From Narcine bancroftii (Eukaryota): a stretch of 64,000 nt of DNA. The position numbers and the translations under genes are program-made. Within the stretch, counting starts at the first letter, position 1; each line of letters begins with the position of its first letter. Location of the stretch: the NCBI RefSeq assembly GCF_036971445.1, contig NC_091471.1, positions 199,392,001 to 199,456,000 of the forward strand. The letters run 5' to 3'. This document shows positions 23,966-37,672 of this stretch, piece by piece. The notes under the pieces are model-generated. The model was not told the origin of the DNA and did no database searches. It saw only the letters and a program-made list of their open reading frames with translations.

Positions 23966-25596
23966 TAGTCCAAGTTCATGTAAATTCAGCAAACAGAGCT
24001 GCTTAGAGAATTCAGGCAGCATCCATGGGCAGATGTGGTCAGTCAATATTTTGGGTCGGGACCTTTGTAAATTCAGCAAGCAGCTGTGCAGTTGTATTGA
24101 AGGCCACTGGCATTCCTGTATTATTATTGGACCCACAGTACGAAATAGCAAACATTCAGCTTAGATTGCCCCTCAGCCACTACTCCATTCTGTAGACGAT
24201 GGCACTAGTGGGTTGAGGGGAGGGTTTGATTGGATGGAAATGGAGTAACCTGACAGTGCTTGAAATAACTAATGTTTTTTTTTTCTGGCACTTGAACCCA
24301 ATATTTTGAAAATAATGCTGGAATTCTGATTGTATCTTTTTCACTCTTTGGCTTGCAAGTTAATATGAAGTCTTAAGGAGCATGCCAATTCTCCCACAAG
24401 CCGTATACATTGTTGTTGTTCGTGCAGTGAAAGTATGCGTTTGCTTCACTCCCCTCACAGTGTATGGAACCTTCTGGAACAAACCTAATTAGATATCGTT
24501 AAAGGTTGCTTTCCACATGGGGTGTAGCCTGGCTTCACCCTCTAATACCCTGCACTTCTGCATCACAGTGAACTGATTATTCTTCATCCAGCTGTGCCCA
24601 GCACACTCTGGTTCAGATATTAGAAGATGGTCAACAACTTCTCAGGAGGGAGCAAGGCACCAGAACACAAGGGCTTTCATTGGTGCATTGTCATTTTCCA
24701 TTTATTTATCACATAAATACAGACCCAGGTCATTGAAATGAAATTACATTCAGGTGTAAGGCAGAAATACTGTATTCTCTTCATTTTGTAGAATACAAAT
24801 ACACTGTCAAGCAACCTACAGAGTGAAAAAGTCACCTTTCCATAGTTGGCAAGAGAACTAAATAAGGACTGAAAGTGATTCAAGCAAAAAATCCTGAAAT
24901 TACGGCTTAAGTGTATGAACCCAAGATCATTGTGCCTGAAAAACCTTCATATGGTTTACTTAGCAGTGTCAATAATGCATCTTGATGAATGGTTTAGACC
25001 AAAATTAAATGCCGCATATCCCAGGGGACAGGCTCAGCGTGCCTGACATGACACTTTAATACTCCCAGTGCTGATTGCAGAGAACATCTCCCCTTGCTTC
25101 ACTGTTCAGATTCCTATTATGCTGCGGGGATGTTTCCTGATCATTCGTTGCTGAATCAGTAGCAGAGTTAATAAGTAGAATAGTGACTTGGAACAGCAAT
25201 CGAGTTGCTTTTTGTGCATAACACTGCGGTTCCCGATAGAAGCTTGCAGCAGGCAAGATCAGGAGCTGCTGCAGTGATTCACCCGTGATATAGCTGAACA
25301 GGAAATCTTCACATGCACTTTGATCAGGTTCAAAACTCCAAGGAAAAGAAGATTTCAAGCCTGTTCTGGGTACACAATGCTCCAACACACACCATCACAT
25401 AAATACTCTGAGCACTGCTTCAGATATTTGTACAGGTATACTACAGATTTTCAATGAGAATTCATACTTCCATTATTTGTCTTACCCCTTTTATTGGGCA
25501 CCAGATGAGCAAAATTTAAAAGATTTTCCTGAGAACAAACATTGCAGTCTATAGAGTGACCAAAAAAAATTGAAAAATTAAATTTACCTTCCTTTA

Positions 25597-25835
25597 GGGC
25601 GGCACGTTTAGGTTAGCGCAATGCTATTACAGCGCCAGTGACGAAGGTTTGTATCTGACGCTGTCTATAAGGAGTTTCTATGATTTCCCCGTGTCTGCAT
25701 AGGTTTCCCCTGGGTGCTCTGGTTTCCTCCCACCATTCAAAACATGCTGGGGGTGTAGGTCAATTTGGTGTAATTGGGCAGCACTGGGTCGTGAGCTGAA
25801 AGGGCCTGTTACCATACTGTATGTCTAAATTAACT
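25597..25835 (+). mobile_element. HE1-type V-SINE
   Basis: gggcggcacg..ggttagcgcaatgctattacagcgccag; gggtgctctggtttcctcccac; gggcctgtt tail. Confidence 0.9.
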
Positions 25836-28800
25836 AAATTAACAGGCTGTCTAACATGAACTCCTTCAGTCTGACAGGATTCTTCATATAATGCAAATTC
25901 TTCTAATGTATTTTGCAAAGATTATTGATGACAGTATGCTTCACTAGGACGTACCATTCTCAGATGAAAGACATCTTAGCAAAATAGAGAATCAAGTTCT
26001 ATTCTTCTTCCTAAGTGCTAAAATTGAACTCTGAAATATACCTGTGCTATATTAATGTGATTTCTGATCTATCCCTTTCCATTTTACTCACCAACTGTAA
26101 ATTTGATTTTCTTCGTGAGTGTGGTCAGTTTAATTCTAGTTTCTGATGAAGTTTGAGTAGTCTTAGTGCCAGTGGAAAATATTAGAGCCAAAGCTTGGAT
26201 GAAATCTGGTTTTATTTAGTTTACAAGAAATGGTCAACTTGAAAATCAACCACATATAATTTTATTCATGTTTTTGTGGAGAAACCACAGATCAGCACAG
26301 AAAATGGAGGCACACAAGATGTTATTTCATCTACAGCTTCAATATTTTTCTGAGCATTTTGAAATCAGTGATCAATCGTTTTGTTGGAGAGAGGAAAAGT
26401 CTTTTTTTTTAATCTCAGGTCCTATCACTTCATTTGGACTTCAGGCTAACTATAATGACTGCACACACTAGCTGACTTTGTAACGTGGGTCCATCAATAA
26501 TTGTCTCCATTCATAGTCCTCTGATGACACTCATCTACAACCTACCTGGACTATTCTGTGGAAAACCTGTCAGATTTAACAAACTTTGTGATTGGTTGGT
26601 TTTTGAGGGACTTGCAAATGGAATTCAAGTCAAGTTGAGTTTACCGGTTGATGAGTTTGCATCAATAGCAACAGTGCCACTCACGTGGATCTAAAAAGAT
26701 CAGGGAACAGGAGACATGGTCATTCACAGTCTTCCATATGTTCACACTGCCTAGCTAGCCCACCCAACGGCACTGTAGAATGGGGCTGGCAGATTGATGT
26801 CCATGGTGCTAGGCTCAACAGCCCAGATCTTGAGGGGTTTCAGGTTCTGGGGGAGCAGAGGACCAGCGCAGGTCATCAGAGTGGGAGAACACCCATCTCT
26901 TGCTGAGAGGGAGGGGATGCAAAAGATTTTTACTGGGTAAGAAACCAAAGCAATGGACTAGAGCAGAACTAGAAAGCATCACAACAGGCAACAGGTTGTT
27001 GGAGACATGATTCTGGGTATCAGATATGGGGACCGAGTCTGTGAATGTGCCAATGCTGAGGAGGGATCACTAAGGGCCTTAGTTATGATCTTGACAGGGG
27101 TTCAGTGCAGGAGTTGAGGAGGGTGATTTGGGTGCCTCGATCTCTGGCTCAATGCTGGAATGGTCTAGAGGCCATGCGACTACAGAGGTTACAGATTCGC
27201 AGGAGACTGAGACATTGGAGGCATTGGTGGGACCCACGGATACTTGATGTCTTGGAAGGGACTCTCTTTTGCCTTTTTCAGGACACCGTTGCAGGAAAAG
27301 CAAAGGAAAAAGTTATTTGTGTACATAATATTAAATGGAATCTTCTTGCTCTTGAATCTTGCTGCAGCTATTGCTTGACAATTGCAGTGAAGACTTCAGA
27401 ATCAACTCCAGCAACAATTATGTATGCTGACACAACAAATCTGTGATAATAAACCCTAACATGGAAAATTTGAACAAATTTAATGTAATAGGTTGAGGTT
27501 AGCAGAGCTCCACTGAAACATAAAATTAACCATTTCTAACAGGTAGATTGATGAATTATAGGTCTAAATAAAAATCTCAAGAAATAAAAAAAAAAGAAAA
27601 TTAAAAAAAAAGAAATGTAATTGCTAAGATAAAGAGATGAGGAAGCAGCAAACAGTCAAACGCATTCCAGCACACTTTACTGATGGTTCAAAAATGCTTT
27701 GGTTTATTTTCATCCATTAGAGCTGCCAACTTATTGGCTCAGATGCTTCAGTTTTTCTTGGTAAGATGGAGCTTAAGTTAAGGTTTTTGCAAGTTAATTT
27801 GCCTCTTTTTTTAATTTTTTTTAAATTTTTCACACTGTGAACCATATCAACCAAAATACGTACAAACAAATCTCATTAAATTTACACAGTGGTCTTTTCT
27901 CCCCTTTTATTCCCTCCTTTCCTCCCTCCCCTCTACTCACACCCCTCCAATACCCATAAATATTCAACATATACAATACAATAAACCCATGAAACAATAT
28001 TTTCACACCAAGGAAAATAAAGAAGAATGCGTCATCCATTTATTACACACTGAATCGAGTCGTTTTGTCTTCTTATCATTTTCATTCTCCTTTTAGGGGA
28101 TGGAGGTTATAGACAAGCTCTCTCTCCATGCATGGTTCCCAAATTTGTTCAAACATTATAAATTTACTTTTTTAATTATATGTTATTTTTTCCAATGGAA
28201 TACATTTAGTCATTTCCATGTACCATTGCTGTATACTCATTCTCTCTTCCATTTTCCAAGTTGACATTATACGTTTATTTTGCTATCGCTAAGGCTATCA
28301 TAATGAATTTTCTTTTGCAGAAAGTTTCATTTTCTGCATTGATTTAACCATAAATTTGGCTACTTTATTCTTTTTACTTGTCTTTTGTCCAGTTTTATCT
28401 AACATTGGGTCCAAATTAAGGTTAAAATCCCCTCCTATCAATATATTTCCTTGTGTGTCCGCAATCCTCAAAAAAAATATCCTGCATAAACTTTTGATCC
28501 TCCTCGTTAGGTGTGCATATATTGAGGAAATTCCAAAATTTTGAGAAGATCTGACACTTTATCATTGCATACCTCCCTGCTGGATCTATTATTTCCTCCT
28601 CTATTTTGATTGGTACATTTTTGTTAACTAGTATGGCTACACCTCTAGCTTTTGAATTATAGGATGCTGCCGTTACATGTTCTACCCAGTCTCTCTTTAG
28701 TTTGTTATGTTCCGCTTCAGTTAGATGCATTTCCTGCACAAATACTATATCTATTTTTTTCCTTCTTCAATAAATTTAGTTGCCTCTTCCTTTTAATTTG

Positions 28801-29600
28801 GTTATGTATTCCATTAATGTTTATAGTCATATAGTTCAACATGGCCATCTTTTATCTTGCATACATCTCTTTTCCACTTCTTTGCCACCTCCATCTGCTT
28901 TTCCCCATTTTCATCTCTTAGTTTTCTCTTATTACACTTAATATACGACAACACATTTAAGACAAAGTTCCCCCGCAGTTCCCACATCCACTAATGCCTT
29001 AACCCCAAAAGTCCCCCCCCCCCTGGGTTTCCCCATACCCCTTGCCGGGCAACCACAACTCCCCTTTTCATTTGGGCTGCGATCTTGTTTGCAGCGTCAA
29101 CTGATTTTTCAGTGACGGTTATTCCCCCTCCACCCAGCCCTCTCCAGAAAACACTTTAAAAAAAACCACATATGACAAAGCTCTCTCTCTTCTTTTTTCC
29201 CCCCTTACTCCCTTCCTTCCCTTCTCTTCACCCTCTTTAGTTCTTTACATATACATTGTTTTTACATATTTATATATACTTTATCGCCGTTCTTCTTTCT
29301 TATTAAATCTCTTCATCTCTTCTCCTGTCCTGCAAACGTTCTGCAAATTCTTATGCTTTTTCTGGATCCGAGAACAGTCTGTTTTGCTCCCCGGGTATAA
29401 ATATTTTAAGCACGGCTGGATGTTTTAATATGAATTTGTAACCTTTTTTCCATAAAGTTGATTTTGCTGTATTAAATTCCTTCCTCCTCTTTAAGAGTTC
29501 AAAATTTATGTCTGGGTAAAAAAAAAAAAAAAATTTTGACCCTTGTATTCCAATGGTTTATTATCCTTGCCTGTTCCAGTATATTTTCTCTTGTTGTATA

Positions 29601-29697
29601 GGGACTTGTCAGCCACAAACGAGCCTGCAGCTGACGTGGACTTTTTACCCCCTCCATAAATCTTCATCCGCGAAGCCAAGCCAAAGAAAGAAGAAAA
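29601..29697 (+). mobile_element. RTE 3' tail fragment
   Basis: Near-identical to the reverse complement of 1903-1990 (gcgaagccaagccaaagaaag). Confidence 0.92.
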
Positions 29698-30086
29698 GAT
29701 AGGGAAATTGCTGTAGGAATGGAAGTGAATGACTTATGAGAAAGATTGAAAGAAAGTGACAAAAAAATTAAAGAGACACGAGTTGTTATCTCAGAAAATT
29801 GATATGTTGAAAAATTATAGTAGGCGAAACAACATAAAAATAGTGGGCCTGAAGGAGGGTGAAGAAGGCACAGATATGAAGGAATTTATAAAAGGATGGA
29901 TCCCGAAGGTCCTGGGAATGACAGAAATGCAGGAAGAAATGGAAATAGAAAGGGCACACAGAGCATTAGTTCCGAAACCTCAGGCACATCAAAAACCAAG
30001 ATCCACCTTAGTAAAATTTTTGAGATATACAACAGGAGAAAATATTTATCTCTATTCTATTTATTGGTTTTACCTTCTATTTCTCT

Positions 30087-30310
30087 TTGTCCATCAGTTT
30101 TACCTTCTATTTCTCAGTGAAGATCTTGGTCTTTTTCTTCTTGTGTCTGTATCTGTGTTTGTGTCTTCTTCTCTTCTTTGTGTCTGTGTCTCCTGTTCTT
30201 TGTCCATCAGTTTTACCTTCTATTTCTCAGTGAAGATCTGGTCTTTTTCTTCTTGTGTCTGTATCTGTGTTTGTGTCTTCTTCTCTTCTTTGTGTCTGTG
30301 TCTCCTGTTT
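30087..30310. repeat. About 112-bp tandem duplication in L1 ORF1 region
   Basis: ttgtccatcagttttaccttctatttctcagtgaagatct...tgtgtctcctgtt occurs twice. Confidence 0.85.
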
Positions 30311-31185
30311 TTCCTGATGAGCTGCTTGTATCTCTTCGTCGGGCATCTTCTTGCTGGGCCTCTTGTTGTTGCTCCTCCCCTCTTGGGCTACTCATCTGTT
30401 GTGCTTCTTGACATTGATCATCTTGTCGATCTTTCCTCCGTCTGTCTTCCATGTCTGTTTTGTCACAGCCTCTTTTGCTGTCTTTCTTATCCTCCAGCTG
30501 AGAGCCCTGGTGTCAGGCATCTTTCAGCTGCTCGGTCTGTGACAGCCCGCTCCTCTGCTGAGCCCCCCTCCTGCCGGTGTCCTCTTTCTCCTTTATTGCG
30601 CACTTTTGTTTGGCTCCGAGAGCCATTTTTGTAGGGTTCAGGCTGGTGGGTCTTGACTCTGCAGGGCAGGTACCGACCTCAAGTGTCGGGCGCTCCTCGT
30701 CACCACAGCGTCCTGTTCCTTCCTGCAGGTAAGGCCTTCTTCCTTCTTCTCCGGTGACATTTTTACTTTTATTCCAGCTGTTCTTTCTTTCTCCTTCTTG
30801 GAAGCCATCTTCTTTCTCTTCTCTCTATCTTTATCTTCTATTTCTTGTACTTTATTTCTGTTATGCTTTGCTTTTCCTTGACTTTCTTTTCTATTTTCCT
30901 GGAGAGAGCTGGTTTTCCTGACCGGCCACTACTCCATCACGTGACACCCTCAGTTAATTTTCCTCTTGAGAGAAATCTTATCTACTGAAGCTAAATGATA
31001 TAAATGTGAAATTTAGCAATTTCTGACAAATCTGTCAAGGATTGAAAATTAGTAGACTGCCAATGCCAGAAATAATTAAGACGTTAGCAAAAAAAAGACA
31101 GCTGTGATTAAAATTATCCCTCAAACCTGATCCTTCCATTCATATATATTGTATGGAGGAATATAGCTCAAGAATTTTGGATATT

Positions 31186-32040
31186 TAGAATCATAGAAAC
31201 AAGTCCTTTCAGTCAACCTTGTCCACAAAGAATGAAATAATCTACAGTCATCGCATTTGCCTGCATTATGTATGTGTCCTGTGACATCTTTCCTATCCAA
31301 GTCCCTGTCCAAAAACCTTTTAAATGTTGTAAGTATAATTATCTATCAGCCTGGTCAGATGTTCACCTCTCTTGGTTTGAGAAACTTATTCCTCAAATCT
31401 CATTTAAATTACTCCTCTATTTAAACATGTACCCTATAGAGTCTCTGTCCTGGGGAAATGACTATCTACCCAATAATTCTGTAAACTTCTTTCAGATCAT
31501 CCCTCAGCCAAATAGATTATAGTAAGAATAAACCCATCTTACCCAATCTCTCCTGATAACTACAGCTTTCTGTTCCAGGAAACATTCTGGTGAATCTCTT
31601 CTGTACCCACTCTATTACTACCATATACTTTGTGTGGTGTAGCAGCCAGAAGTACACACAATACTCCAGATGCAGTCTAACCATTAAGGTTAGGATTAGA
31701 TTTAGGTTTAAACTTCATATACCAGCCACATTTAATGGCTCAGACTATGAAGACATGCATACCAAATGCCTTCTTCGTTCCCTATCTATCTATGTCACCA
31801 TTTTCAGGAAACTGTGGGCTTGTACTCTCAGGCCACTCCATTCATCAATGCTCATGAGGTCTCTACCATTAACCTTAGATGTCTTATGAATGGGTATTAC
31901 CTCACATTTGTAAAGTAGTGAACTGTTTCATCCCCCTCCGGTCTGCCAACTTTCAAGCCAGTCCATGTCCCATTGGAACCTTAGTCAACTTCCTTCACTA
32001 TCTACAACTCCACCAATTTTCATGTAATCTGCAAACCTAC
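31186..32040 (-). mobile_element. Decayed CR1 3' fragments
   Basis: ccagaagtacacacaatactccagatgcagtctaacc; tail agaatcatagaaac. Confidence 0.75.
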
Positions 32041-32124
32041 TAATTATACAGCAAACAGTGCGAGGCAGGAAGGATTCAGTGAGTCTGGCACCATCATGAT
32101 CAGAAATGACCAGTTAACATTTTG

Positions 32125-32360
32125 GCTAGTTGTTAGCACAATGCTGTTACAGCGCCAGAGATCGGAACTAGGGTTTGAACTTGCACTATCTATAAGGAGT
32201 TTATATGTTCTCCCTGTGTATGTGTGGGTTTCCTCCAAGTGATCCATTTCCTCCCACCATTCCAAACATACTGGGGGTTGTTGGTCAATTGGGTATAATG
32301 GGTGGCATGGGGTAGTGGGCCAAAAGGGCCTGTTACTGAGCAGTATGTCTAAATTTTAAA
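32125..32360 (+). mobile_element. HE1-type V-SINE
   Basis: gttagcacaatgctgttacagcgccag...tttcctcccacc...gggcctgttac. Confidence 0.88.
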
Positions 32361-32389
32361 AATAAATGTTTATAAAAAAGGTATGATGT

Positions 32390-32720
32390 TACATATGGGA
32401 AGGAGGAAAGCCACTGGAGAGAGGTGGTAGAATATTGGATAAAAAGTGTGAGAGGTGAGGAAGTGAAATGATTGACAGAAGATTCAAGCTTAGATGCACA
32501 AATAGAGCATTGGTGTTCAGCAAAGCGGTCACCCCATCTGTGTTTGGACTCACCGAGTGCACTGAAAGCAATAGATTATGTTGGATGATGTGCCTGAAAA
32601 TCCATGCCTCACCAGCCCTTCGATGGAGCCAAATGGGGTAGGGGCAAGTTTTGACCTTTTCATGATTACCATGGGAAGTGCAGAAAGCAAATAGAAGGGT
32701 GGCTGGGGAAGGAAGATGGA
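32390..32720 (-). mobile_element. Decayed Penelope fragment
   Basis: ggtgttcagcaaagcggtcaccccatctgtgtttggactcacc resembles the GIY-YIG region at 7880-7920. Confidence 0.55.
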
Positions 32721-32748
32721 ATCATACACACACTATTTTCTTATCTTA

Positions 32749-32751
<3 letters not shown>

Positions 32752-32789
<38 letters not shown>

Positions 32790-32798
32790 ATATATATA
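32752..32798. repeat. (TA)n/(CA)n microsatellite
   Basis: Seen directly. Confidence 0.95.
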
Positions 32799-32814
32799 CT
32801 GCATTGTTTAATGC

Positions 32815-33568
32815 ATTGTTTATGCATTAAATGGTAGGCTATTGAGATGTGCAGAGCAACAAAGGGATTTAGGAGTTGTGGTAAATAGTACCCTCAAGGC
32901 TGATACTCAGGTAGATGGTGTGGTGAAGAAGGCATTTGGAATGTTGGCCTTCATAAATCGGAGTATTGAATTCAAGAGTAGGGAGGTTATGATGAAATTG
33001 TACAAGGCATTGGTGAGGCCAAATTTGGAGTACTGTGTACAGTTTTGGTCACCAAATTATAGGAAAGAAATAAACAAAATAGAGAGAGTACAGAGAAGAT
33101 TCACGAGAATGTTGACAGGATTTCAAGGTTTGAGTTACAGGGAAAGGTTGTACAGACTGGGGCTTTTTTCTCTGGAGCGTAAAAGATTGAGGGGGGACTT
33201 GATAGAGGTGTTTATGATTTTAAAAGGGACAGACAGAGTAAATGTGGATAGGCTTTTTCAATTAAGAGTGGGGAAGATTCAAACTAGAGGGCATGGTTTA
33301 AGATTGAAGGGGGAAAATTATAAGGGGAACATGAGGGGAAATTTCTTTACATAAAGGGTGGTAGGGATGTGGAATGAGCTTCTGGCAGACGTGTTGAGGC
33401 GGAATCATTGGTTACATTTAGGGATAGACTGGATAGTTACATGGAGAGGAGAGGACTGGAGGGGCATGGACTGGGTGCTGGTCAGTGGGACTAGGAGGGT
33501 GGAGATTTGTTACGGCATGGACTAGTAGGGCCGAATTGGCCTGTTCTGTGCTGTGTGGTTATATGGTT
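32815..33568 (+). mobile_element. 5'-truncated CR1
   Basis: ORF 32842-33354 RDLGV...LYKALVRPNLEYCVQFWSP; ggttatatggtt tail. Confidence 0.93.
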
Positions 33569-34822
33569 AAATTACAGACACAGCAAATAGCCCAACACTT
33601 ATCCCTATAGTGCACAAACTTGTCCAAACACACTATACTCCACCTCCCAAATCCCAGCCAATTTACCCTACATGTCTCAGATTTCCACTGTGCCTTATCT
33701 TGTTTGAATGAACCTTGAGAATATGATCGGCAGGAACCAAATTAAAAAATACATCATGCTTGGAAAGCATGTACTTTATTCAAAGTAATGGGGACTGTGT
33801 GAAGTATGGACACTGAGCTGATATATTGCTGGTTTGAACATCACCAAAGCACCGAGAAGAAACCAAGGCCAAATTCTAATAATTTTCAGTCCTCTAAATT
33901 CTGCATGAAATCTATATGAAGGAACACCAAAACACTGTAAAGAAATAGACAAAAATACACAAGGCAGAATTGGGAAATTAAAAGGCCTCCTCCATTCTGC
34001 AAGAGAATTCAATGTGCTTGTGACTCCCTGAATATTGACTGAAACAAAGTTCCTCACAAAACACTACCATTATGTTTTTTTTTCCCTTCAGAGTGAAGCT
34101 CAATTGGTTGTCACTAGATGCTCATTAAAATTCATTACATCACCATTTCAACAGTATGCGATCAGAGGCAGGGCATTGTCAGGCACTTTATGGAAGTGGA
34201 AGTGGACATTTGATGTTACATTAACTACAGGCAGATACTGCCAGTCTGTTTATATTCCAGAAAATTGAAAAGTGTTAGGAAATGCTGAGGTCAGCATCAC
34301 TAACTGGCTACTACTGCAGCAACAACATAACCACTATTCCAAATAAAGTACCCCCTGCTCCCCACCCCCCCACCACCGCCCCACCCATCCACCAACTCAA
34401 GAAAGTGAATGTGGCAAAAATCCAGCCCCTTCTCTCAAACTGCATCAGCAACAGCTGATTAGCTGTGCAAGAGCTCAGAAAATGCATTTATTTCATTGAA
34501 GAAGTTGTTTACTGTCTCAGCAGCTGGAGTTGGGCATTTGTCATTCCCATGCCCAAGACTATTATAATAAACAAACACTCTATTCTGAGCTTTGCTGGCA
34601 GAGCAGAAAACTGGTCAAGGATGTGCTGAATGATTCCTTGGGGAAATCCAACATTGTAACTGATGTTGAGCAGCTTGAGACCATTCATATCACCCCACAA
34701 TCTACTATGAAATATCTACGTTTGGGCTCAAATGATTCAGCATGCAGTAAAGATCAATGGCTTTCGACTGCAGGCAATGGTATCTTGAGATGCTGGTTCA
34801 ATAACAAGTTTTGAAAGAAATG

Positions 34823-35213
34823 TCTTCTTCTTCTGGCCATCCATCCCATAGGATGATGATGGTTCCTTTCAGTCAGTTTGTGGGGTTCTGCACTCTTCAG
34901 AAAAGAACAGTGTGCACGTGAATGGATTTTAGGGGGGGGGGGGGTGGTTGCACAGGTCCATCCCCTCCCGGATCCAGTGGCATGGGTGAGGTCCAAGATG
35001 GTATGTTCTGTTGCAGTGAATGGCCAGACCAAGCTTTGATGCAAGGGATGCCCTTTCCATGCTTCGCAGAACGGGTTTGCTGGATGAGGGCTCGTCCACT
35101 CTTTGACATGTCTTGTTTTTCATCCTGCGGGTGTCTAGCCATGCCTGGTGGGGGAGCCAGTTTAGTTGTGATCACCCAACCATGCCACAGGTAGTACTGG
35201 GTTACATGGTACC
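34823..35213 (-). mobile_element. Probable non-autonomous RTE-type retroposon
   Basis: (GAA)n-like 3' end (cttcttcttc on plus) and GC-rich body resembling RTE UTRs; no ORF. Confidence 0.4.
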
Positions 35214-35269
35214 TATAATAATGTAGACAATCCTTTTGTAATTTTGAAGCAGCCTATGATTTGTGTAAC

Positions 35270-35600
35270 AAGGGGAGATTCAGACCCTGATAGCTGTTGG
35301 AAAGAAATTGTTCTTGAACCAAGAGATGCTGGTTTCAGTCTTCTGTATCTTCTGCCTGAAGATAGCAATGAGAAGAGGTCACTGAAAAGGACAATGGGTA
35401 TTCCTTTATGATGTTTATGAGGCAGCGCCTTACATTAATGTCGGCAATGGTCAGAACATGTGAGGACCTGGCATTGTGTGCTACCTTGTACAACTTTCTG
35501 CATATCTAAGCACTTAAATTAAATCAAACCAGGCTATGATCCAATCAGACAGTATACTTTCCTCAGTGCATCAGGAAAAGTTTGATGGAGCTTGGAGGGT
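35270..35600 (-). mobile_element. Rex1/Babar-like fragment
   Basis: ctgatagctgttggaaagaaattgttcttgaac..cttctgtatcttctgcctga resembles a Rex1 ORF end. Confidence 0.6.
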
Positions 35601-37672
35601 TAAGAGCTCATGGACTTCTTTATCTTCCCAATTTGTAGGTTTTGCAAATGAGACTCTTGGAGTTTGCCAAGGTGGAATAACGGAAGAATTCAGCCACTGA
35701 AGTTGGAATTCGAGGGCCAAACTCATCAGGACCATTGCCTGAAGAGGGCGCACAAAATCAGTGAACCGGTGCGGACTCGAAAGGCCAACATGGTTATATG
35801 GTTATGTGGTTATATGGTTATAGCATTCAGATGAGTGACCCGACATGAACAAAATGTACCATCTGTTGCAATACATTTACAACCTCAATGCAGAGCTAGA
35901 AAAGCTCAAAGTTCATGTTACCAACATAATTATTTCTTATACAATGTCCTCTTGCAATACTGGATATTTTCAGCATTTTGTAATTTGCTGCACAGTGCTC
36001 TGTCTGGGCTGCTAGGTGCGGGACACCAATCACATGATAATGTGTATTAATTGCTTGCTCCCTCTGTTCAACCAACACCTGGCCATACCCAATGTTTTAT
36101 CTCTCGGAGAGGAGAAGGAAATGAGGCCATTGTTGTAATGAGAAGGAGGAAATGTAAGAACTGTGGGATTGCACCACCTACAGTATAGAAATTTGAAGGA
36201 GTTGTGAGGTTAGGGGAAAGTGGGAAGTGAGACGGAGGATGAGGTGCAATCATCTTCAAATAGCATCCCAGTTGGCCACAGCAACTGTGGGATGGTGCTA
36301 CAAATAAACCATCTTTCAAATTCTTTCAGAGGGAGCGAGGAGGGGGGGGGGGGTCAGCAACACAACACGAGGAGGGTAAGGGGTTTGAAAGAACCCTCAG
36401 ATTTTATGGTGATTTGAGGAAGAGCTGTTGACGTATTGATTCATACATTTTCATGCATATGGACATTCAAGTGATGACTGAGGTACCTCGCTTGTTTTGA
36501 CCTGTTGACCAGCTGCTCTGCAAGTGTAAGAAGGGGTTACATTTCTCTCTGTATGATTCTCCAATTTTGAGCTTGCCATTCGAAACCTCTTTTGAATTGA
36601 CTTGGATGAACCATAGTGTTGAAGTCTAATTGAATCATTGGTCTGATATTAACAGACAGTACTATCTCATTGAAATGTTGAGTATGTTGTAGGCACTGTA
36701 ATGGATTGTATTAGACCAATGTGAACATGTAATGTGCAATATATGCACTTAATATATCAATCAATATTTTATTATAGAGGTAGCATAACTTGACGACACA
36801 ATTTTCTCAGCAATCAGCAAGGCACCAGGAGAAGTGAAAGAAGCTGCAATGAATACACACTCTGACAAATGACAGAAATATTTTGAAAAGATGAAGGAAT
36901 AGCCAATGCACCTTTTGGAAGGACATTGGAAAAAGACAGAAATATGATGGGAAAACTTTTCATCCATTCATTCACCCTGTCCTATGCATCTCAAGGATAC
37001 TTTGACCATAAACATTTATTTTTGCCAGTTGGAAACCCATCCACAGCCTCACATTCTAGTACATCAGAAATTTTAAATGCTTTATATGAATTGTTATTCA
37101 TCACTTTTAGAATGTATCTATTCATTATTAAACTGGGAAAGGCCAGTGCAGTGTGAAGAGAATTCACAATCACTGGGAGTATTTAGCACTTAAAATTTGA
37201 ACTTTATTTTTATGAACTTCAATCTTAAATTTATTTCATTTGTGTCTTTTTTAGCTACTCAGGGCCTTGATCCAGTTTGAATCAATTTCGGGAAAAAAAA
37301 TGTGATTTGATGGTCTCCACTCAGCATCTTTTCTATACTGTTTGGAATGTTGTTTCAGTCTTGACGGTTCAAATGGAGCTCAGTGTCAGGCTGTGCAATG
37401 GGAGCAGGAGAAGAAATATCAGAAGAAAATGCAGTCTAATCAGCAAGGGTTCAGCGTCAAGAGGGTGTTCATCCTTGAGGTGTCAAAGTAGAGGATTTGT
37501 GATGCAATTCTTGTGGAAGTTTACTTCCATATGAACTAAGGCTAAAACAATCCTTCCCACTGCCGAAACGTATCATGATATGTGGTGGCTAGTTTATTTG
37601 GGGTTTAAATCATAAACAGCTTGAATTTAAACATATCGTTCTGTGTTGAAATATACCCTTTAGCATTTCATT

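Larger units (their letters stand above)
27808..30951 (-). mobile_element. Internally deleted L1-clade LINE (5'UTR, ORF1, APE endonuclease, 3'UTR; RT missing)
   Basis: APE QEMHL..SKARGVAILV (28422-28739); ORF1 SRRNNIKIVGLKEGEEG...EIERAHR; A-rich 3' end; 16-bp TSD agttaattt(g/t)cctctt at 27792-27807 and 30952-30967. Confidence 0.9.

Noticed and set aside
29756-30634. 292-aa ORF with hydrophobic tail as a novel membrane protein
   Set aside because: It is a chimera of the inverted L1 ORF1 piece and the antisense of a purine-rich repeat.
34518-34814. About 100-codon open frame after a possible acceptor
   Set aside because: No recognisable homology or partner exons, and the length is within chance range.
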